Positions 1 through 9,025 of a stretch of 32,000 bases of DNA are shown piece after piece. The notes under the pieces are model-generated. The model did not search any database. It saw nothing but the letters and a program-made list of their open reading frames with translations, and had not been told where the DNA came from. Made by a program: the position numbers and the translations under genes. How positions within the stretch are numbered: the stretch's first letter is position 1; every line of letters starts with the position of its first letter. Source of the DNA: an uncultured Actinomycetes bacterium (lineage in GTDB: Bacteria > Actinomycetota > Actinomycetes > S36-B12 > CAIYMF01); NCBI GenBank assembly GCA_963843975.1, contig CAWJMG010000001.1, positions 1,110,001 to 1,142,000 on the forward strand. The letters run 5' to 3'.

Positions 1-408
1 TCACCACGGGCTCGTCGACCAACAACGCCCGCATCCTCACCATCTTCGCGGCAAGGACGGGGGCGGGGACGAACGCGCTCACCGTGCAGTACCGGTCCTT
101 CGGTACGTCGCGTCAGGTGCGGATGCAGGTGGCCACGGCGACCGGGGCGAAGCTCGACCGCCTGGACGACGCTCGCCACGGGCAACGGCCCGGTCACCCT
201 GCACCTCACGTGGGTGTCGGCGGCCTCGGCCACGGCGACGTTCACGATCGGCAGCACCGCGGTGCCGTCGCTCACCGGGCTGAACACGAGCGGCAACACC
301 ATCGAGACGGCCTGGCTCGGCGTCTCTGCGTCGTCCGGCAGCGGGACGGTCTCGACCGGATCGCTCGCCTTCGACAACTTCGACTCGCGGCGCACCACCG
401 CCCCGTGA
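1..408 (+). pseudogene. 3' part of a gene for a hypothetical lectin/jelly-roll-like protein (5' end outside the window); the reading frame switches once
   Basis: GC3-rich coding signal lies in frame 3 for 3..~150 (TTGSSTNNARILTIFAARTGAGTNALTVQYRSFGTSRQVRMQVATATGAK). It then moves to frame 1 for ~160..408 (WTTLATGNGPVTLHLTWVSAASATATFTIGSTAVPSLTGLNTSGNTIETAWLGVSASSGSGTVSTGSLAFDNFDSRRTTAP, stop 406-408). The product family is not recognised. Confidence 0.5.
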
Positions 409-425
409 CCGACAAGGAGAACCCG

Positions 426-902
426 ATGGCCACCACCGAAGGTCGCGGCACCAACCCGTTCCGGCGGCACGCCCGCGCGCTTGCCGCCGCGACAGGGCTC
501 GCGCTCTGCCTCGGCATCGCCGGCGCCGTAGCTGCCGAGGCGGGCAAGCGCCCGACCCGGCCGTCCATGCCGGTCAGCAGCGAGGTCGAGACGAACGCGG
601 GGGTCCGCGTCATCCGGGCCAGCCTCGCAGCCGACGGCGGACTGCTCGACGTGCGGTACGTCGTCCTCAACGCGCCGCGGGCGCAGAAGTGGATGGCGGA
701 CACCTCCCAGCCTCCGGCGCTGTACGACCAGAGGAACAAGGCCACGATCGCCCGCGTCGCGCCTATGCGTGACGCGCACCAGCAGCGGCCGGGTCAGACC
801 TACTACCTCGTCTACCAGAACGTTCGGAACACGATCCACCGCGGAGACCGGATCGACCTGACCGTGGCCGGCGTGACCCTGCACGACATCCCGGTGGAGT
901 GA
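426..902 (+). CDS. small secreted hypothetical protein (N-terminal signal peptide)
   Basis: ATG at 426 is preceded by AAGGAGAA (413-420). The N-terminus MATTEGRGTNPFRRHARALAAATGLALCLGIAGAVAAEA looks like a signal peptide. The 84..902 track ORF is an upstream read-through of the same frame. The stop lies 8 nt upstream of the copC-like ATG at 911. Confidence 0.6.
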   Translation: MATTEGRGTNPFRRHARALAAATGLALCLGIAGAVAAEAGKRPTRPSMPVSSEVETNAGVRVIRASLAADGGLLDVRYVVLNAPRAQKWMADTSQPPALYDQRNKATIARVAPMRDAHQQRPGQTYYLVYQNVRNTIHRGDRIDLTVAGVTLHDIPVE

Positions 903-910
903 GAGCGACC

Positions 911-2699
911 ATGTCCGCACGTCGCGCCTGGGCGCGCCTCAGCCTCGCGGCGGCTGCCGTCGTCGTGGGTCTGACGCTGTCAGCCGCTCCCGCGTCGGCC
1001 CACGCCGTCCTCATCGGGAGCAACCCGGCGGACGGGTCGAGCCTCGACTCTGCTCCCCAGGAGCTCGTCCTCACCTTCGACGAGGCGGTCACGGTCGAGA
1101 GCACGGTCGTGCACCTGCTCGACGAGTCCGGCCGGACGCTCGAGGTCGGCGCCATCGCCGCCGGCGACGGTTCCGGCGAGGAGGAGGCCGAGGCGATCAG
1201 CGCCCAGCTGCCGCAGCTTCCCGAACGGCCGCTATCTCATCCGGTGGCAGACGATCACGAGCGACGACTTCCACCCGGTCGACGGGTCGCTGACGTTCGG
1301 GGTCGGAACCGGCGTCGGGGTCACGGCTGTCGGCGGCACCAGTGAGCGACCCGTGGGCGATGTCCTCGAGACGCTGACCCGGGGGACGGTCGTGGCCGGC
1401 TACATGCTCGCTGTCGGTGCCCTGGCACTCCTTCTGCTCGCGCACCCGCTGCTCGCCGCGCGTCCCATCGCGCTGCGCTTCGTGGTGCGGGCCTGCATGG
1501 TCGGCGTCGTCACGTCGATCGGAGGCCTCGCCCTGCTCGCGGCGCTGCTGACCCTCGACACCGGTGCGGCTCCGCCGACGTCGTTCCTCCTCTACTGGGG
1601 CGCTGCGGCGGCCGGGCTGCTCGTCCTCGGCATCAACGCGAGCGCCATCGACCGGCTGCACGGCACCCGCGCGCCCCGTCCGGCAGCAGCCGCGACGGCA
1701 GTGCTCGCGGCGCTCGCAACCGCTTGGGGCGTCGGCCATCTCGGGCACGGCGGTGCTGCCGCAGGCTCGGCGCTGTCCACCGTGCACGTCGCCGCGACCG
1801 CCGTGTGGGCGGGCGGCGTCGCCCTGCTCGTCCCCCTGGCCTTCTTCGCCGGGCGCGACGGTCAGAGCGGCTGGGCCCGCGACGTCATCAAGCGGTTCGG
1901 GCGCCTCGCGGTGCCGGCACTCGCGCTGTCGATCATGAGCGGTGCGCTGCTCGCCCGCGGACTCGTCCCCACCTGGGGTGGCCTCACCGAGACCGCGTAC
2001 GGACAGGCGCTGCTGCTCAAGCTGCTGCTCATCGCCGTCGCCGTCGCCCTCGGAGCGATCACCGCGCTTCGGGCACGTCGCACCTCGCACGACCACGGGC
2101 TCGGTGCCCGGCTCATGACCGAGGCGTCGGTCGTCCTCGGCATCGTGCTGCTGGCCGCCGCGCTCTCGGGCGGGCAGCCGCCGGACGACGCGCGCTGGCG
2201 CTCCGACCAGGACCCGACCGCCACGACAGGGGTGCAGACCACTCCTGTCGACGACCTGGTCGTCACGCTGTCGGTAACCCCGGGAACGCCCGGACCCAAC
2301 TTCGCCACGGTGCAGGTGCTGGACACCCGACGTCCGTCTCCGGCCGTGATCACCCGGGTCACGCTCGACGTCGGCGACGGGCCGCGGTCGGCGGAGCCCG
2401 CCGGCAACGGCACGGACTGGCTGCTGCCCGAGACGCTCGAGGACACCGGCGCCTACGACGTGCTGGTCCGGGTGCAGCGCTCGGGCTGGGAGGACGCCGT
2501 CGTCTCCTTCCCGTGGCAGATCGCCGCGGCCTCGACGGTCGGAGACGGTGGGGCGCCGATCGGCTGGGCGTGGACCGTTCTTGCGGTGCTCGCTGCGGTC
2601 GTGGCCCTCGGGGTCGCGGTCGTGGCCGGGCGCTCGCGGAGGTCCCGCGGGGCACGGACGGACGCACCCAGCCACGAGGCCGCCGACGCGCTCCACTGA
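911..2699 (+). pseudogene. CopC-CopD fusion copper resistance/handling protein (YcnJ-like), one frameshift near 1222
   Basis: A signal peptide is followed by a CopC start (SAHAVLIGSNPADGSSLDSAPQELVLTFDEAV) in the frame of 911. The expected CopC continuation LPNGRYLIRWQTITSDDFHPVDGSLTFGVG is in the frame of ORF 1353..2699. That frame then encodes a multi-TM CopD-like body and a C-terminal extracytoplasmic domain. The junction is at cttccc-g-aacggc (~1220-1224). Confidence 0.8.
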
Positions 2700-2753
2700 G
2701 ATCCGCGTTCGGACGATCTTGCCGTTCGGGGTCGAACGATCCAGGGTGTGCGC

Positions 2754-3936
2754 ATGACGTACGCCGAGACGATCACGGTGCAGGACCTCGAGGCCGACCC
2801 GTACCCGGCCTACGCGCGCCTGCGCGCCGAGGAGCCCGTGGCCTGGGTGCCGGCCGTGAACCTCTGGCTCGTCACGCGCGCGGCCGACGTCGAGACCGTG
2901 ACGACCAAGCCCGACCTGTTCAGCGCGAAGGTCACCGACTCGCCGCTCGACCGCTCCTTCGGCGGCCCGACCATCCTCACCCTGGACGGCGCCGAGCACC
3001 TCGACCTGCGCCGCAGCCTCGACACGAAGTACCGCCCACGCACGGTGGCGACGTACATCGACGACCTGGTGACGCCGATCGCGCAGCGCTTCCTCGACCG
3101 GCTGCTCGCGAAGCCGGAGCGCCGGGCCGAGCTGATCGCCGAGTACCTCGAGCCGATCTCGGTGCTCAGCCTCGGCGCAGTCCTCGGCCTCGGGCACCTG
3201 AGCGAGTCGACGCTGCAGGAGTGGTTCCACGGCCTGGCGATGGGTGCGATCAACTTCGAGAACGACCCGGAGAAGCAGCGCATCAGCGACGCGACCGCGT
3301 CGGTGATCGACGACGCGCTGCGGCCGCTCATGACGCGGCTGCGGGCGGAGCCCGACGACTCGACCATCGCCCCGATGCTCACGTCCGGATGCCCGGTCGG
3401 TCAGCCGCGGTCGATCGAGGCGGTCATGCCCTCGCTCAAGGTGATCATCCTCGGCGGGATGCAGGAGCCGGGCCACGGCGCCGCCTCGACCCTCGCTGCG
3501 CTCCTCGCCGACCGCGAGCAGCTCGACTGGGTGCGCACGGACGCCGCTCGCTGGGACGACGCCGTCCACGAGGGCCTGCGCTGGGTCGCGCCGATCGGCA
3601 CGCAGACCCGCCAGACCACCGAGGCGGTGGAGGCTCGCGGGCACGGTCATCCCCGCGGGCTCAGCCGTGGCGGGCGTGGTCGCGAGCGCCTGCCGCGACG
3701 AGCGGGTCTTCGCCGACCCCGACCGCTTCGACGTACGCCGCACCCGCGAGCCCAACGCCGCGTTCGGCTACGGCCCGCACTTCTGCGCGGGGCACGCGTT
3801 CGCGCGCGGCCAGGAGCGGATCGCCCTGGCGCTGCTGGTCGACGCGCTGCCCGACCTGCGCCTGGACCCGGCGTACGACGTGACGTTCCGCGGCTGGGAG
3901 TTCCGCGCCCCGACGGCGCTGAACGTCACCTGGTAG
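2754..3936 (+). pseudogene. cytochrome P450, one frameshift near 3633
   Basis: An ExxR motif (HEGLRW) is present. After TQTRQTTEAVE the P450 sequence continues in the +1 frame (LAGTVIPAGSAVAGVVASACRDERVFADPDRFDVRR...). That frame contains the heme-thiolate loop FGYGPHFCAGHAFA and ends at TAG 3934-3936. The start is ATG 2754 or GTG 2748. Confidence 0.85.
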
Positions 3937-3940
3937 CGAG

Positions 3941-4555
3941 CTAGCCAGCCTTGCGGGCCTGGCAGGTGGGGGCAGCGGCGAAGGCCTTCTTGGCTGCGTC
4001 GCCGCCGGCCTCGGACACCTGCTTCAGGCTGGAGCTGAAGGTCTTCGCCGCATCGGCGGTCTGGCCCGCAGCCGTCGACACGGCGCCGAACGCCGTGACC
4101 TTGCCGAGGACGCCGTCGGCCTCGGAGAAGGTCGTGGCCGAGGTCTTCAGGGCGTCGATGGACGAGTCGAGGGCGGCCCGGTCGGTGGTGAGCTGCTCGG
4201 ACGCCGCCACGAGCGCGGGGTCGGCACCCTTGGGCACCGAGGCGACGGCCGAGGCGAGGGCCCCGACGTCGCCCTTCACCGTGTCGACGGCCGCGACGAT
4301 CTGCTTCTGCAGCTGGTCGAGGACGTCGCCCGCGCTCGGGTCGATCGAGACGCTGGTGGCGATCGCGGCGACCGATGCGTCGAGCTTGTCGGCCTGCTGG
4401 CACACCGACTCGGCCCAGGCGACGTCGTCCGTCGCCTCGGAAGCCGACGGGGTCGACACCGGTGCGGACGACGAGTCGGCCGCGTTGCCGCCCGAGCCGC
4501 AGGCGGTCAGGGCGAGCAGCGTGACGCCGACGGCGGCGAGCGAACGGATGCGCAT
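3941..4555 (-). CDS. lipoprotein, Ala/Ser/Asp-rich, unknown function
   Basis: The 204-aa ORF begins MRIRSLAAVGVTLLALTACGSGG, a signal peptide with lipobox LTAC. It is convergent with the P450 gene, with 4 nt between the stops. Confidence 0.7.
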   Translation of the reverse strand: MRIRSLAAVGVTLLALTACGSGGNAADSSSAPVSTPSASEATDDVAWAESVCQQADKLDASVAAIATSVSIDPSAGDVLDQLQKQIVAAVDTVKGDVGALASAVASVPKGADPALVAASEQLTTDRAALDSSIDALKTSATTFSEADGVLGKVTAFGAVSTAAGQTADAAKTFSSSLKQVSEAGGDAAKKAFAAAPTCQARKAG

Positions 4556-4841
4556 GGGGATCCCCTCCAGGTGGTGGGGACATCCTCGCGCGCGCCGACG
4601 CCCGATGCGGGCTCAGCCGCAGACTCGTGACCGCACGCCCGGACGTGCGAGGAGGGCCCGCCCCGTGGCCGGGCCCTCCTCGCAGTGCGCAGGCTTCGCA
4701 GTCGCGCTCGTGGGACCAGCGTGCCGCCAGCCGCAGCACGAGTCGCGGCGGCGGATGGCGGTGTGACGGACCAGGCACGCGTGGCCGCGCACTCGGACGC
4801 GGCGCATACTCGGCAGGTCGGGGCGACACGGGCGAGGTGGC

Positions 4842-5348
4842 ATGGACAGGCGGACGGCAGCGGCCGTGCTCGGCGTGCGCCCTGACTCCTCGAGCACCGA
4901 GGTCGACGCCGCGTTCCGTGTCCTTGCTGGTCTCACGCACCCCGACCGGTTCCCCGAGGGCTCGGCGTCCTGGGAGGACGCCACCCGCGGCATGCAGAGC
5001 CTGGTCGAGGCACGTCGCGTGCTCGCGACCGCGCCGCCGATCCTCGAGGTCGCGCCGGCCGCCCACTCCGCCGACGGCGAGCCGGTCGAGACTGTGCCGT
5101 CGTGGGAGCGGGCCGACGTCGGGCACGGAGACCCTGTGGCGATCGACCGGCGGATGCGCGCGCGGGCGTTCGGCTGGGGTGCGCTGCTGCTCGCGTCGTC
5201 GGTCATGTCGTACGCCGTCGGCGCGACCCAGCCGGTGAACGACGCGATGCCCGTGTGGAGCCCCGCCCTGGCGCTGTGCGGCCTGCTCAGCATCGCCACC
5301 GGGTGGCGCTCGCACCGCCGGCTCGTCGACCGCGAACGGCATCGCTGA
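4842..5348 (+). CDS. J-domain (DnaJ-like) protein with C-terminal transmembrane segments
   Basis: The N-terminus LGVRPDSSSTEVDAAFRVLAGLTHPDRF contains the HPD motif characteristic of J domains. The C-terminal half has two hydrophobic helices (AFGWGALLLASSVMSYAVGA; PALALCGLLSIATGW). Confidence 0.6.
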   Translation: MDRRTAAAVLGVRPDSSSTEVDAAFRVLAGLTHPDRFPEGSASWEDATRGMQSLVEARRVLATAPPILEVAPAAHSADGEPVETVPSWERADVGHGDPVAIDRRMRARAFGWGALLLASSVMSYAVGATQPVNDAMPVWSPALALCGLLSIATGWRSHRRLVDRERHR

Positions 5349-5450
5349 CCCACCGTCGGCGGCGTTCGCCGTCCGTTCACCCCTGGCTCACCCGTGGTTT
5401 CACGCGAGTCGCAGGACACCGCACCCCGTTTGACGACACGATCCGTTCCT

Positions 5451-7217
5451 ATGGACCGGTCGCGCAGCGTGCTCATGCTCGCGCGCGAGCACCTGGGCGG
5501 TCGCAACCTGGTCGCCGGTCTCGTCGTCGGGGCCTACCTCGTGCCGCAGGCGATGGCGTACGGCGAGCTCGCAGGCGTCGGACCCAGCGCCGGCCTCACC
5601 GTGGCGCTGATCCCGCTGCTCCTCTACCCGTTGCTCGGACGGGCGCGATGGCTCTCGCTCGGGCCGGAGTCTGCCGTCGCGCTGATGGCCGCCGCCACCG
5701 TCGGCCCGATCGCCGCCCGGCTCGAGCTGCCGGTGCCGCAGCTGCTCGGGATCGTCAGCATCCTGACCGGCGCGATCCTGCTCGCGGCGCGCCTCGCGAA
5801 GGCCGGCTTCGTCACCGACCTGCTGTCCAAGCCCGTGCTCATCGGCTACCTCACCGGCGTCGCGATCATCATGGTGATCTCGCAGGTGTCGAGGGTGGTG
5901 GGCGACGACATCTCGGCCGACAACCTCGTCGCCTTCCTTCAGGACCTCGCCGACGGGGTGTCGGTCAACTGGTGGTCGTTCACCATCGGGCTCGGCACGC
6001 TGCTCGTGATCCTCGCCTTCGCCCGGTGGCTGCCGCGCGTGCCCGGCACCCTCGTCGCCATCGCCCTCGGAGTCCTCGCCGGCTACACGCTGCCCGTGGA
6101 GACGATCGGCGACTTCCACCTCGGCCTGCCGCAGATCGCGTGGCAGCCGATCCCGATGAGCGCCATCAGCGAGCTGCTGCTGGCCGCTGCGGCCATCGCC
6201 GTGGTGGCGTACACCGACGTGATCGTCGTCGCGCGCGCGTTCTCGGACAACGAGCGCGTCGACGCCAACCGCGAGATGACGGCGCTCGGCATCACCGACG
6301 TCGTGGGCGGCGTGTTCGGCGGCTACCCGATCTCGGCGTCGTCGTCGCGCACGGCGATCGCGCGGATGAACGGCGCGACGAGCCGCTTCTACTCGTGGAT
6401 CGTCGCGATCGTGCTGGTCGTCGCCGCCGTCACGCTCTCGAGCGTCCTCGCGAACCTGCCGCAGGCCACCCTCGGCGGGATCATCCTGTACGCCGCGTGG
6501 ACGCTGTACGACCGCAAGGGCTGGGAGTCGTTGTGGCGCCTGCGCTTCGGCGAGGTGGTCGTCGGCGTCGTGTGCGCCGCCGGCGTTGTCATCCTCGGCA
6601 TCCTCCCGGGCATCGGCCTCGCGATCGGCATGTCCATCGCCGAGCTCCTGCTGCGCCTCTCGCGTCCGCACGAGGCGGTGCTCGGCTTCGTGCCCGGCAT
6701 GGCCGGCATGCATGACGTCGACGACTATCCCGACGCCGCGCAGGTGCCCGGGCTCGTGGTCTACCGCTACGACTCCCCGCTGTTCTTCGCCAACTCCAAC
6801 GACTTCTTCAGCCAGGCCCTCGAGGCCGCGGACACCTCGGGCTGCCGCTGGTTCCTGCTGAACGTCGAGGCCAACGTCGAGGTCGACTCCACCGGCCTCG
6901 ACGCCCTCGTCGCCCTGCACGACGAGCTCGACCAGCGCGGCATCGTGATGGCGCTCGCGCGGGTGAAGACCGACCTGCGCCTGCCCATGGAGAGGTACGG
7001 CGTCGTCGGGGTCATCGGCGAGGAGAACATGTACGCCACGCTGCCGACCGCGGTGGCGGCGTACCGCGAGTGGGCGGCGGCCAACCCCGCACCGGTCCAG
7101 CCCCCCGTGCGCGAGGAGAACGAGCGGCGTCCGATCAACGCCCACTCGACGCTGCAGGCGCTCGGCCTCCACCGCTTCGCCCGCGTCATCAAGCCCAGGA
7201 GCGGCAGCAGCAGGTAG
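5451..7217 (+). CDS. SulP family anion (sulfate/bicarbonate-type) transporter with C-terminal STAS domain
   Basis: The long multi-TM protein has SulP-type sequence (GLVVGAYLVPQAMAYGELAGV; ISASSSRTAIARMNGATSRF). A STAS domain follows (VVYRYDSPLFFANSNDF...LLNVEANVEVDSTGLDALVALHDELDQRGI). The start is ATG 5451 or the in-frame GTG 5394. Confidence 0.85.
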   Translation: MDRSRSVLMLAREHLGGRNLVAGLVVGAYLVPQAMAYGELAGVGPSAGLTVALIPLLLYPLLGRARWLSLGPESAVALMAAATVGPIAARLELPVPQLLGIVSILTGAILLAARLAKAGFVTDLLSKPVLIGYLTGVAIIMVISQVSRVVGDDISADNLVAFLQDLADGVSVNWWSFTIGLGTLLVILAFARWLPRVPGTLVAIALGVLAGYTLPVETIGDFHLGLPQIAWQPIPMSAISELLLAAAAIAVVAYTDVIVVARAFSDNERVDANREMTALGITDVVGGVFGGYPISASSSRTAIARMNGATSRFYSWIVAIVLVVAAVTLSSVLANLPQATLGGIILYAAWTLYDRKGWESLWRLRFGEVVVGVVCAAGVVILGILPGIGLAIGMSIAELLLRLSRPHEAVLGFVPGMAGMHDVDDYPDAAQVPGLVVYRYDSPLFFANSNDFFSQALEAADTSGCRWFLLNVEANVEVDSTGLDALVALHDELDQRGIVMALARVKTDLRLPMERYGVVGVIGEENMYATLPTAVAAYREWAAANPAPVQPPVREENERRPINAHSTLQALGLHRFARVIKPRSGSSR

Positions 7218-7273
7218 CAGGGCACGACCGTGGCACGCGGGGGGCTGGTACGCCGGGGCCTCGCCGCGACGAC

Positions 7274-7333
7274 GTGCGCGAACCCCACCGGAGTCCCACT
7301 CGGTTCGGTGGGTTTCGCGCGCTTCGTGCGCTC
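7274..7333. repeat. ~60-bp hairpin-forming repeat, copy 1 (upstream of the DUF2786 gene)
   Basis: Sequence gtgcgcgaaccccaccggagtcccactcggttcggtgggtttcgcgcgcttcgtgcgctc. Internal inverted arms are gcgcgaaccccaccg (7276-7290) and cggtgggtttcgcgc (7306-7320). It is ~80% identical by eye to the copy at 8268-8325, in the same orientation. Confidence 0.7.
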
Positions 7334-7433
7334 GCCGGCTCGCGGTGTCGGAGGGGTCGCCCAGGATGGCTGCCCGCGGGACGTCGGCGGGGGTGCGCCG
7401 GCCCGCTCCCACCCGACCCCGGAAGGAACCCCC

Positions 7434-8247
7434 ATGGACGACCGCTACGTCGAGCGCATCGGCGCCCTGCTCGCCAAGGCCGAGAGCACAGACTCCGAGC
7501 ACGAGCGCCTTGCCCTGATCGAGAAGGCGCAGCATCTCGCTGCCAAGCACAGCATCGATCTCGCGGTCGCTGCTGCCCGCACGCCCGGCGGTGCGTCGCC
7601 CGTGCTCGAGGTCGACCGGTTCGTGTTCTCCGACGAGCAGCAGAACCGCAACCTCAAGAAGCACCTGGTCACCCTCATGTGCGTGGTCGCGGCCTCCAAC
7701 GACGTCAGGGTCGACGTCCTCACGTCGTCGGTCGGCGTCGTGATGTACGGCTTCGCCGGCGACCTGCTCGCATGCAAGACCCTGTGGTCGTCGCTCTCGG
7801 TGCAGATGGTCGCGGAGGCGTCGGCGTGGATCCGTACCGGCGCCTGGCGCAGCCAGGTGATGCTGCGCGAGGACCGCTGGGGTCGACCCGAGGCGGTCCC
7901 GATGGACGCCCGCGTCGCCCGGTCCGGCTTCTACACCGGGTACGTCGGCCGCATCGGCGACCGCCTCGCGGCAGCCCGCGCCGCCGCAGAGCGCGAGGCC
8001 GAAGCTCGAGTACTCCGGGCCCGATGCCGAGCCGTCGTCGTACGCCGGAGGTGAGCTCGCCAGCACCGCGGTCGTCCTGGCCGCGAAGCAGGAGCGGGTC
8101 CGTGACTTCTACGCCGAGTCCTCGCGTGCCCGTGGCCGCTGGAGCGGGCCGACCCGGCGAGCGGGCTCCGAGCGGGCGATGGCGGCGGGCTGGGACGCCG
8201 GCGGGCGGGCCCGCCTCGGCGACGACCGCGGCAGCCTGAGCGCCTGA
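7434..8247 (+). pseudogene. DUF2786-family protein, one frameshift near 8007
   Basis: GGAAGGA at 7421-7427 precedes ATG 7434. The N-terminus MDDRYVERIGALLAKAESTDSEHERLALIEKAQHLAAKHSIDL is typical of DUF2786. After AAAEREAEA the GC3-rich frame shifts (gaa gct c gag tac) to EYSGPDAEPSSYAGGELASTAVVLAAKQERVRDFYAESSRARGRWSG...GSLSA, with stop 8245-8247. Confidence 0.7.
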
Positions 8248-8267
8248 GGCCCGCGAGGCAGTCCGAG

Positions 8268-8325
8268 GTGCGCGAATCCCACCGGAATCCGCCCGAGTCC
8301 GGTGGCTTTCGCGCACGTCGCGCTC
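8268..8325. repeat. ~60-bp hairpin-forming repeat, copy 2 (downstream of the DUF2786 gene)
   Basis: Sequence gtgcgcgaatcccaccggaatccgcccgagtccggtggctttcgcgcacgtcgcgctc. Inverted arms are gcgcgaatcccaccgga (8270-8286) and tccggtggctttcgcgc (8298-8314). Confidence 0.7.
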
Positions 8326-8511
8326 CGCGGCGGGGGCGGCCGTGGCGATTCTGGCCTGGGCGGGACCTCGATCTCGGCCGCAGCAATCGTGGCCGAGGCG
8401 GGGGGATCCGTCGTGGCCCGGCCCGGGTGCGCCCGGGGGCCAGGGGCGGCCTTCGGCCGGGGGGCGGGCCGCGGGCGAGGCGGGGAGGTGACTCCTCCCA
8501 AATCCAGGCTG

Positions 8512-8578
8512 GCCTCCGCCAGCAACGACGAAGGACGCTCCCCTGAGGGGAGCGTCCTTCGTCGTTGCTGGCGGAGGC
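8512..8578. repeat. perfect 67-bp palindrome (32-bp arms, 3-nt loop) whose right arm includes the last 10 nt of tRNA-Ser
   Basis: Base-by-base pairing of 8512-8543 with 8547-8578 is perfect, and it breaks at 8511/8579. Positions 8569-8578 (tggcggaggc) are the complement of the tRNA-Ser 3' end GCCTCCGCCA. Confidence 0.9.
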
Positions 8579-8662
8579 GGGGGGATTTGAACCCCCGAGG
8601 GGCTTTGAGACCCCAACCCGCTTAGCAGGCGGGCGCCATCGACCGGACTAGGCGACGCCTCC
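8569..8662 (-). tRNA. tRNA-Ser (anticodon GCU), class II with long variable arm, CCA encoded
   Basis: The reverse complement is GGAGGCGTCGCCTAGTCCGGTCGATGGCGCCCGCCTGCTAAGCGGGTTGGGGTCTCAAAGCCCCTCGGGGGTTCAAATCCCCCCGCCTCCGCCA. It folds with acceptor GGAGGCG/CGCCTCC, anticodon stem CCCGC/GCGGG with loop CTGCTAA, T arm GGGGG-TTCAAAT-CCCCC and a long variable arm. Confidence 0.9.
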
Positions 8663-8881
8663 AGCACCGGGCCAGACGCACGTGGCGCCCGCTTCCGGCC
8701 CGGAAAGGTTACCGGACCGAAGGGGGTGCTTCCGACCCAGGTCGTGCTGGCGGCCCACCGCCCCGCACCTTCGGTGGGATATCCCGTCGTAGAGCCCACG
8801 CAGGCCCTCCGAGGACCGAGCGAGGGATCTGATTTCGTCATCCCCGGGGGCTCGGGCTAGACTTCTCCAGCCTTCAGGCAA

Positions 8882-8957
8882 GCGCCCGTAGCTCAACGGA
8901 TAGAGCATCTGACTACGGATCAGAAGGTTAGAGGTTCGAGTCCTCTCGGGCGCGCCA
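8882..8957 (+). tRNA. tRNA-Arg (anticodon ACG), CCA encoded; its 3' 44 nt form attL of the inserted element
   Basis: Sequence GCGCCCGTAGCTCAACGGATAGAGCATCTGACTACGGATCAGAAGGTTAGAGGTTCGAGTCCTCTCGGGCGCGCCA. It folds with acceptor GCGCCCG/CGGGCGC, anticodon stem TCTGA/TCAGA with loop CTACGGA, and T arm AGAGG-TTCGAGT-CCTCT. Confidence 0.92.
8912..8955 (+). repeat. attL core: 44-bp direct repeat (3' part of tRNA-Arg)
   Basis: actacggatcagaaggttagaggttcgagtcctctcgggcgcgc is identical to 27069-27112. Flanking bases differ (g/c on the 5' side, c/g on the 3' side). Confidence 0.9.
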
Positions 8958-8972
8958 GCAACATCGCAGATC

Positions 8973-9007
8973 AGAGCCGGTTTCCTCGTATTCGAGGAGC
9001 CGGCTCT
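8973..9007 (+). terminator. hairpin just downstream of tRNA-Arg, supplied by the element
   Basis: agagccgg (8973-8980) pairs with ccggctct (9000-9007) and cctcg (8984-8988) pairs with cgagg (8993-8997), with a small internal loop. There is no clear T-tract. Confidence 0.35.
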
Positions 9008-9025
9008 CGATCATCTTCGGGCCCT

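Noticed and set aside
1215-1230. Programmed ribosomal frameshifting as the explanation for the frame breaks (for example in copC-copD)
   Set aside because: No slippery heptamer or downstream stimulatory structure is evident at the junctions. The same kind of break occurs in ten unrelated genes, which fits indels, sequencing-derived or mutational, far better.
1197-3755. 852-aa minus-strand ORF, and the 719-aa plus ORF 1724..3883, overlapping the CopD and P450 genes
   Set aside because: Their translations are Arg/Gly/Pro/Asp-rich low-complexity sequence with no recognisable domains. They are antisense or off-frame to genes with clear family signatures, which is the typical stop-codon-poor artefact of high-GC DNA.
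5400-8066. 888-aa minus-strand ORF, and the 524-aa ORF 3768..5342, covering the SulP, J-domain, lipoprotein and DUF2786 genes
   Set aside because: These are antisense to well-supported genes. Their composition (R/D/G/A/H runs) is not protein-like and no motifs are present.
8268-8640. Several 90-140-aa ORFs on both strands in the GC-rich spacer between the DUF2786 gene and tRNA-Ser
   Set aside because: They have Gly/Arg/Pro-rich nonsense composition. They overlap the hairpin repeat, the 67-bp palindrome and the tRNA, and they lack start and SD context.
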